Source of the DNA: Octopus sinensis
Lineage: Eukaryota
Length of the DNA: 7,741 bases
Direction of reading: 5' to 3'
Assembly (NCBI RefSeq): GCF_006345805.1
Contig: NW_021828768.1
Span: forward strand, 1-7,741
Of this stretch, positions 1 to 7,741 are shown in pieces; within the stretch, counting starts at the first letter, position 1, and each line of letters begins with the position of its first letter. The position numbers were made by a program, and so were the translations under genes. The notes beneath the pieces were generated by a model. The model saw only the letters and a program-made list of their open reading frames with translations, searched no databases and was not told the DNA's origin.

Positions 1-210
1 ATAATCATAATGTAATGGAGGAAAAATAATTTGCTAGTTATTAATATTTCTGGTGGGTAGAGGTGTTTCTTTTTTTTTTATTTTATTTCTTCAATTACAT
101 CTCATTATCTCTATAAGCCGAACGAAGATTATTATTTTTGCGAGTGATGTGTTGGGGAGTGCGGATTTGTTTTTTCATTTTAATATATCCTTGCTTTTTG
201 CATATATTAA

Positions 211-215
211 TGTGT

Positions 216-255
<40 letters not shown>
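211..255. repeat. (TG)n microsatellite with one TA interruption
   Basis: tgtgtgtgta followed by an uninterrupted TG run to 255. Confidence 0.97.
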
Positions 256-258
<3 letters not shown>

Positions 259-611
259 CATTTCGTTAAAAGTACAACGATAATGGTGGGGGTTATAGTG
301 AAAGGGTTAGGCGTGGGGTGGTTTCAGTTATGGTGTGAGAGGGAGGACAGAATCGAGGATCGGTAGAGTGGGTACAGAAAGAATAGCATAAATCATAAAC
401 GGAAAATGAAGCCAGGACCGTGTTAAACCAATGGAGAATCGAGATAAGGTTCAGGAGAGTCAGGGGTTGTGCACACCACTGTACTACCCCCAACAGGCCA
501 TAACACCACCACAATCAACATATTTTGCACGAATATACATCGTATTACAAACACAACACGCTGGAATAAATAGTGTTATACCCATACAGTAAAAGGGCCC
601 ACAACAACGCT

Positions 612-622
612 ACATACAACAT
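612..622. repeat. Left copy of the 11-bp target-site duplication of the first SINE
   Basis: ACATACAACAT, identical to 1008-1018. Confidence 0.85.
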
Positions 623-1007
623 TGTGGTACTCCGTCGCTTGCGACGACGAGGGTTCCAGTTGATACGATCAACGGAACAGCCTGCTCGTGAAATTAACGT
701 GCAAGTGGCTGAGCACTCCACAGACACGTGTACCCTTAATGTAGTTCTCGGGGGAGATTCAGCGTGACACAGAGTGTGACAAGGCTGGCCCCTTTGAAAT
801 GCAGGTACAGCAGAAACAGGAAGAAAGAGTGAGAGAAAGTTGTGGGGAAAGAGTACAGCAGGGTTCACCACCACTCCCTGCCAGAGCCTCGCGGAGCTTT
901 AGGTGTTTTCGCTCAATAAACACTCACAACGCCTGGTCTGGGAATCGAAACCGCTATCCTATGACCGCGAGTACGCTGCCCTAAGCACTGGGCCATTGTG
1001 CCTCCAC
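623..1007 (-). mobile_element. Full-length tRNA-derived SINE (385 bp), cephalopod/Octopus-like; exact family not assigned
   Basis: The minus strand starts GTGGAGGCACAATGGCCCAGTGCTTAGGGCAGCGTACTCGCGGTCATAGGATAGCGGTTTCGATTCCC, with an A-box-like TGGCCCAGTGC (985-995) and a B-box-like GGTTTCGATTCC (941-952) at tRNA-like spacing. It is flanked by the exact direct repeat ACATACAACAT (612-622, 1008-1018) and has 3'-terminal stem-loops at 633-646 and 653-678. Confidence 0.88.
941..995 (-). promoter_or_regulatory. Internal RNA polymerase III type-2 promoter (A and B boxes) of the first SINE
   Basis: A-box TGGCCCAGTGC (last base deviates from TRGCNNARYGG) and B-box GGTTTCGATTCC (near GGTTCGANTCC). 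Activity is not shown. Confidence 0.7.
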
Positions 1008-1018
1008 ACATACAACAT
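1008..1018. repeat. Right copy of the 11-bp target-site duplication of the first SINE
   Basis: ACATACAACAT directly abuts the SINE 5' end and is identical to 612-622. Confidence 0.85.
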
Positions 1019-1287
1019 AGTACTACAACACAACACGTAACGCCAAGCACCGCACCACTCATAGCAACACTCAAAAACCAATAGAAATTATATTACTCTT
1101 TTACTCTTCTACTTGTTTCAGTCATTTGACTGCGGCCATGCTGGAACACCGCCTTTAGTCGAGCAAATCGACCCCAGGACTTATTTTTTGTAAGCCTAGT
1201 ACTTATTCTATCGGCCTCTTTTGCCGAACCGCTAAGTAACGGGGACGTAAACATACCACCATCGGTTGTCAAGCGATGTTGGGGGGG

Positions 1288-1316
1288 ACAAACACAGAAA
1301 CACAAACACAGAAACA

Positions 1317-1353
<37 letters not shown>

Positions 1354-1371
1354 CACACATATATATATATA
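1288..1371. repeat. Compound microsatellite inside the second SINE: ACAAACACAGAAAC x2, (CA)n, (TA)n
   Basis: Pure CA run at 1321-1352 and AT run at ~1359-1371, preceded by duplicated acaaacacagaaac. Confidence 0.95.
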
Positions 1372-1470
1372 CAACGGGCTTCTCTCAGTTTCCATCTACC
1401 ATATCCACTCACAAGGCTTTGGTCAGCCCGAGGCTATAGTAGAAGACACATGCCCAAGCTGCCATGCAGT

Positions 1471-1524
1471 GGAACTGAACCCAGAACCATGTGGTTGGTA
1501 AGCAAGCTACTTACCACACAGCCA
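1471..1524 (-). promoter_or_regulatory. Internal Pol III A/B boxes of the second SINE
   Basis: TGGCTGTGTGG and GGTTCAGTTCC on the minus strand at tRNA-like spacing. The B-box deviates from GTTCRANNC. Confidence 0.65.
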
Positions 1525-1552
1525 CTCCTGCGCCTAGCAAGCTACTTGCCAC

Positions 1553-2200
1553 CACAAGACAGCGTCACAATACAACACAGAACGACATCACATGCAACAC
1601 AACAGCAACGCATAAAACACAACACAACGCAATACACCAAAGCAAACGTTATAATACTACAACACCCTCTCTATCATAGGTACCAGCAGAATTTGCAGTC
1701 CCACAACACCCAGCAATACACAACAACACCTCATACAACTCCTGAACTCAGAGTACACAATGCAACACACAACACAACTCACAACAATGCACAGCAAGAC
1801 ACAACACGAGGGCACAACATTTAACAAACATAATCACACCATACACGACATCAACTCACAACAGTAGACAGTGGCCTACAACACATCACCACAACACTGT
1901 AAATCACAACGCCACACATCACACTACATGCGCTACACAACGCAGTACGCTAATAAGCAAAACAACATACTACAACACTGTACAATACATGCGACTACAC
2001 AATGCACATCACCTCACAACTACACAACATTCCACATTACCTCACAGCCTCACAACACTTTACATCACGTCATAACACTACGCATCATTTCACAAACACA
2101 ACACTACACATCACCTTACTACCACACAACTTTACACAGCATCTCACAACACTACACATCACCTCAAACACATCCCTTCACGAACACATCACCTCACAAC
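1553..2200. repeat. Degenerate CACAA/ACAAC pentamer-like low-complexity tract
   Basis: Recurrent cacaa/caaca/cacta/cacat words, strong C+A bias and few G, e.g. cacaacacaacgcaatacaccaa and cacacaacacaactcacaacaatg. Confidence 0.8.
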
Positions 2201-5200
2201 CACACAACACAGCACATTACCTCACAACCACACAACACTGCACATCACCTCACAACCACAACACTGCGCATCACCTCACAACCACACAACACTGCACATC
2301 ACCTCACAACCACACAACACTGCACATCACCTTACAACCACACAACACTGCGCATCATCTCACAACTACACAACACTGCACATCACCTCACAACCACATG
2401 ACACTGCGCATCACCTCACAACCACACAACACTGCGCATCATCTCACAACTACACAACACTGCACATCACCTCACAACCACACGACACTAAACATCACCT
2501 CACAACCACACAACACTGCGCATCACCTTACAACCACACAACACTGCACATTACCTCACTACCACACAACACTGCGCATATCACCTCACAGCCACACAAC
2601 ACTGCGCATCACCTCACAGCCACACAACACTGCACATCACCTCACAACCACACGACACTGCGCATATCACCTCACAACCACACAACACTGCGCATCACCT
2701 CACAACCACACGACACTGCGCATATCACCTCACAACCACACAACACTGCGCATCACCTTACAACCACACAACACTGCATATCACCTCACAACCACACGAC
2801 ACTAAACATCACCTCACAACCACACGACACTGCGCATATCACCTCACAACCACACAACACTGCGCATCACCTCACAACCACACGACACTGCGCATATCAC
2901 CTCACAACCACACAACACTGCGCATCACCTTACAACCACACAACACTGCATATCACCTCACAACCACACGACACTGCGCATCACCTCACAACCACACGAC
3001 ACTGCGCATATCACCTCACAACCACACAACACTGCGCATCACCTTACAACCACACAACACTGCATATCACCTCACAACCACACAACACTGCGCATCCCCA
3101 CTCACCACACCACACGACACTGCGCATATCACCTCACAACCACACAACACTGCGCATCACACCTTACAACCACAACAACACTGCATATCACCTCACAACC
3201 ACACGACACTGCGCTCATCACCTCACAACCACACGACACTGCGCATATCACCTCAACAACCACACAACCTGCGCATCACTCAACTTCACTACCACACAAC
3301 ACTTACTGCACTTCGCCTCACAACCACACAACACTGCGCATCACCTCACAACCACACAACACTGTGCACTTCGCCTCACAACCACAACAACAGCACTTAA
3401 CATTACCTCACAACCACACGACACTAAACATCACCTCACTACCACACAACACTGCACTTCACCTCACAACCACACCGACACTAAACATCACCTCACAACC
3501 ACACAACCTGCACATCATCACCTCACAACCACACGACACTAAACATCACATCACAACCACAACAACAACATCACCTCACAAACCACACAGACACTGCCAT
3601 CACCTTACAACCACACAACACTGCATATCACCTCACAACCACACGACACGCATATCACCCCACAACCACACGACACTGCACATCACCTCACACCACACGA
3701 CACTGCGCATCACCTTACAACCACAACAACACTGCAATATCACCTCACAACCACACGACACTAAACATCACCTCACAACCACACGACACTAAACATCACC
3801 TCACAACCACACGACACTAAACATCACCTCACAACCACACAACACTAAACATCACCTCACAACCACACGACACTAAACATCACCTCACAACCACACGACA
3901 CTAAACATCACCTCACAACCACACGACACTAAACATCACCTCACAACCACAAAACACTAAACATCACCTCACAACCACACGACACTAAACCTCACCTCAC
4001 AACCACAACGACACTAAACATCACCTCACAACCCACGACACACTAAAACATCACCTCACAACCACACACCACTAAAAATCACCATCACAACCACACACAC
4101 TAAACATCACCTCACCACACAACACACACACTAACACCCATCACCTCACAACCACACGACATTAAACATCACCTCACAACCACACCACACGACCTAAACA
4201 TCACCTCACAACCACAAAACACTAACATCACCTCACAACCACACAACACTAAACATCACCTCACAACCACACACAACACTAAACACACCTCCTCACAACC
4301 ACACGACACTAAACATCACCTCACAACCACACAACACTAAACATCACCTCACAACCACACAACACTAAACATCACCTCACAACCACACAACACTAAACAT
4401 CACCTCACAACCACACAACACTGCACATCACCTCACAACCACACAACACTGCACATCACCTCACAACCACACGACACTAAACATCACCTCACAACCACAC
4501 GACACTAAACATCACCTCACAACCACACGACACTGCACATCACCTCACAACCACACAACACTGCACATCACCTCACAACCACACGACACTAAACATCACC
4601 TCACAACCACACAACACTGCACATCACCTCACAACCACACGACACTAAACATCACCTCACAACCACACGACACTAAACATCACCTCACAACCACACGACA
4701 CTAAACATCACCTCACAACCACACAACACTGCACATCACCTCACAACCACACGACACTAAACATCACCTCACAACCACACAACACTGCACATCACCTCAC
4801 AACCACACGACACTAAACATCACCTCACAACCACACGACACTAAACATCACCTCACAACCACACACACACACTGCAACATCACCTCACAACCACACGACA
4901 CTAAACATCACCTCACAACCACACGACACTAACATCCTCACAACCACACAACACTAAACAAACAAAGTCACCTCACAACCACACAACACTAAACATCACC
5001 TCACAACCACACACTAACATCACCTCACACCACACAACACTGCACATCACCTCACAACCACACAACACTGCACATCACCTCACAACCACACAACACTGCA
5101 CATCACCTCACAACACACCGACACTAAACATCACCCACAACCACACGACACTAAACATCACCTCACACCACACAACACTAAAACATCACCTCACAACCAC

Positions 5201-6030
5201 ACGACACTAAACATCACCTCACAACCACACAACACTAAACATCACCTCACAACCACACAACACTAAACATCACCTCACAACCACACGACACTAAACATCA
5301 CCTCACAACCACACGACACTAAACATCACCTCACAACCACCACAACACTAATCACCTTTCACAACCACACGACACTAAACATCACCTCACAACCACACAA
5401 CACTAAACATCACCTCACAACCACACAACACTAAACATCACCTCACAACCACACAACACTAAACATCACCTCACAACCACACGACACTAAACATCACCTC
5501 ACAACCACACGACACTAAACATCACCTCACAACCACACAACACTAAACATCACCTCACAACCACACGACACTAAACATCACCTCACAACCACACAACACT
5601 AAACATCACCTCACAACCACACAACACTAAACATCACCTCACAACCCACCAACACTAAACATCACTCACAACACACACCACACGACACTAAACATCACCT
5701 CACAACCACACAACACTAAACATCACCTCACAACCACACGACACTAAACATCACCTCACAACCACACAACACTAAACATCACCTCACAACCACACAACAC
5801 TGCACATCACCTCACCACCCACACGACACACTAAACATCACCTCAACACAACACACAACACTAAACATCACCTCACAACCACACGACACTAAACATCACC
5901 TCACAACCACACGACACTAAACATCACCTCACAACCACACAACACTAAACATCACCTCACAACCACACAACACTGCATATCACCTCACAACAACACACCA
6001 CAACACAAAACATCACATCTCACCACACCA
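2002..6030. repeat. Minisatellite/satellite array, 28-bp unit CAC(A/G)ACACT(AAA/GCA/GCG)CATCACCTCACAACCA, roughly 140 copies (length/28)
   Basis: Period of 28 read directly (tcacaacc at 4321 and 4349). There are 30-bp variants with an extra AT (gcgcatatcacc). Both edges are degenerate, so the boundaries are approximate. Confidence 0.97.
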
Positions 6031-6274
6031 CAATAACGCAGTTTTCGTGTCACGCCATTTGACTCCACAATCTTCAATGAGATGACAGTCAGAAATATTT
6101 ATGACTCGCTCATCCTATGACATCTTTACGACTACTGCTGCCTTGTTATGACATATTTATGACTGTTGTACATAGCACAATGGTTCATTTGTTACACATA
6201 AGACATACACGACCTCATATGACCTGACATGACATGACCTAATTTCTCATACTGCTAATATAAAAATATTGAAA

Positions 6275-6291
6275 TACATATACACACACAC

Positions 6292-6328
<37 letters not shown>

Positions 6329-6405
6329 GTATAAAATAATGAACGCATTATTATTATTATTATTATTATATTATTATTATTATTATTGTTGTTGTTGTTG
6401 TTGTT
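6275..6405. repeat. Microsatellite cluster: short (CA)n, (TA)n, (ATT)n, (GTT)n
   Basis: (AC) ~6282-6292, (TA) ~6294-6322, (ATT) 6347-6387 with one slip, (GTT) 6388-6405. Confidence 0.95.
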
Positions 6406-6409
6406 AATT

Positions 6410-7097
6410 TGATAGTGGTGGTGATAGGATTGAAGATGAGGACAATGGCGATGATGAAAATGATGCTGAGAGAGAAGAATGGTGATGTGATGATTGGAAT
6501 CACGATGGGGATGAGGCGGAGGGTAGCGGAGGAGGATGAAGTGGATGAGTAGAAAGTTTTTACTCCCTATATATACTCACAGAGATGATGATAGTGGTGG
6601 TGGTGGTGGTGATGTAATAACAGCGGTAGCTGTAGTAGTAACAGTAGCAGTAATAGTAGCAGCACTGTAGCGGTGATGGTGGTACTGGTGGTAGTAGTAG
6701 TAGTAGCAGCAGCAGTAGTGGTGGTGCTGCTGCTGGTGCTGGTAGTAGTTGCAGTGGTAGTGATAGCGGCGGTGGTAGTAATAATTGTAGTATAGTGGTG
6801 GCGGTAGTAGTAGCAGTAGTAGCAGTGGTAGCAGTGGTGTGATGTGGTGTGGTGGTGGTAGTAATAATTGTAGTATAGTGGTGGCGGTAGTAGTAGCAGT
6901 GGTGGTTGTAATGGTGTGATGTGGTGGTGGCGGCGGCGGCGGTGGTGGTGGTGGCGGAGGTGGTGATGGTGGTGGTGGCGTTGGTGTTGGTGGTGGTGGT
7001 GGCGGCGTCAGCGGTGGTGGTGGTGGTGACGGCGGTGGTGGTGGCGTTGGTGGTGGTGGTGGCGGCGGCGGCGGTGGTGTGGTGGTGGTGGGGTTGT
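6410..7097. repeat. Mixed degenerate trinucleotide low-complexity tract (GAT/GAG, GGT, AGT, AGC, GGC)
   Basis: Successive runs of gatgat, ggtggt, gtagta, gcagca and gcggcg with phase slips. Confidence 0.92.
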
Positions 7098-7163
7098 TAT
7101 AATGATTTATCTATTTATTTGGGTGGTGTCTATCCAGTCAGTCAATAATATTTATATTACATT

Positions 7164-7217
7164 TAATAATAATAATAATAATAATAATTAATAATAATAA
7201 TGATAATGATAATAATA
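7164..7217. repeat. (AAT)n microsatellite with GAT variants
   Basis: taataataataataat...aatgataatgataataat. Confidence 0.95.
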
Positions 7218-7317
7218 TTACCTCCGAAATCAAAATGATGAATCCCCCCCCCACTCCAGAATATTGGAAATATTGAAAATAAGATAAACCACACTATAAA
7301 TACAAATGGAAATGAGT

Positions 7318-7741
7318 CGTTGTTGATGCTGATGATGATGATGATGATGGTGATAGACGGTGAAGGTGGTGGGCGGTGGTGGTTATTATATTCGCATCTA
7401 AAAATGATGCCCCTCCTGACCTTAGAACGCGGGAATATTTGCAATAAATAAGAGTGCAAATCTGTAGTGGTAGCGGCGGGGGAGGAGAGTGGTATGATGG
7501 TGGTGTGGTGGTGGTGGTAGTGAGTGCTGGAATGGTGGATAGTGGTAGTAATGATGATGATGGTGGTGGTTATTTTCTAGTGACAATAATAGTGGTCGTA
7601 GTGGTGAGGGTAGCGGTGGTGGTGTGGATGGTGTGTACTGGTAATGTGATGATGATGGTTGTGGTATTTCTAGTGACTATAATGGTGGATCGTGGTGGTG
7701 ATGGTAGCGGTGGTGGTCGTGGTGGTAATGCGTTGGTGGTT
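7318..7741. repeat. Degenerate (GAT)/(GGT) low-complexity tract interrupted by a short unique segment (~7390-7460); runs off the window end
   Basis: gatgatgatgatgatg at ~7331-7349 and ggtggtggt-rich sequence at 7465-7741. Confidence 0.85.

Larger units (their letters stand above)
1093..1535 (-). mobile_element. Composite tRNA-derived SINE (~440 bp) with an internal microsatellite; resembles an abundant Octopus SINE, family name not assigned
   Basis: The minus strand starts AGGCGCAGGAGTGGCTGTGTGGTAAGTAGCTTGCTTACCAACCACATGGTTCTGGGTTCAGTTCC, with A-box TGGCTGTGTGG (1514-1524) and B-box-like GGTTCAGTTCC (1471-1481). It continues with a body to ~1372, a (TA)n/(TG)n tract at 1288-1371, a second unique segment at ~1117-1287, and a 3' tail of 8-bp repeats (TTACTCTT x2 plus a degenerate copy on +, 1093-1116). 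Confidence 0.88.

Noticed and set aside
53-283. 76-aa ORF with a CVCVCV tract
   Set aside because: GTG start, and it is a translation of T-rich sequence plus (TG)n.
302-311. Telomere-like AAGGGTTAGG
   Set aside because: Fewer than two TTAGGG units, which is expected by chance. The large array is also not a TTAGGG derivative.
293-514. 73-aa minus-strand ORF or possible exon in a unique-looking segment
   Set aside because: No recognisable domain and no convincing splice-site pair. It cannot be excluded without RNA-seq or homology search, but nothing supports it.
545-984. ORFs of 109, 64 and 61 aa
   Set aside because: They lie largely within the first SINE and have no RT, endonuclease or other motifs.
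930-1007. Genuine tRNA gene (also considered for 1460-1535)
   Set aside because: A/B boxes are present, but I could not form a complete cloverleaf acceptor stem, and each head continues into a SINE body and tail.
1093-1824. ORFs of 100, 182 and 62 aa
   Set aside because: They run through the second SINE, its microsatellite and low-complexity flank. Such SINE-derived ORFs often yield spurious 'hypothetical protein' annotations.
1871-3792. His/Thr-rich ORFs (176, 267 and 142 aa) resembling mucin or histidine-rich proteins
   Set aside because: They are translations of a stop-poor C/A-rich repeat. The 28-bp unit is not a multiple of 3, so the same peptides cycle through all frames, and TAA-containing variants close the frames.
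2002-6030. CRISPR-like array (28-bp repeats)
   Set aside because: Units are head-to-tail with no unique spacers, no palindromic repeat and no cas genes, and the context is eukaryotic.
6921-7459. Val/Ala-rich 75-aa and Ile/Tyr-rich 98-aa ORFs that look like membrane peptides
   Set aside because: They are translations of (GGT/GGC)n, (ATC)n and (ATT)n microsatellites with non-ATG starts.

Overview
Eukaryotic, repeat-dominated non-coding DNA with no credible protein-coding gene. The SINE sequences and dense microsatellites recall Octopus (cephalopod) genomic DNA; this is recognition from memory, not a database result. From left to right: an AT-rich segment with a (TG)n microsatellite; two different tRNA-derived SINEs on the minus strand (623-1007, with an exact 11-bp target-site duplication; ~1093-1535, composite, with an internal (CA)/(TA) microsatellite and an 8-bp repeat tail); a degenerate CACAA-pentamer tract grading into a ~4 kb minisatellite of 28-bp units with polarised variants and local higher-order repeats; and a GT-rich block of mixed trinucleotide microsatellites with local duplications. 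All supplied ORFs are explained by repeats. I found no new gene-encoded system. The best observations concern repeat biology: apparent minisatellite birth from a pentamer, higher-order structure, and SINE 3' hairpins.
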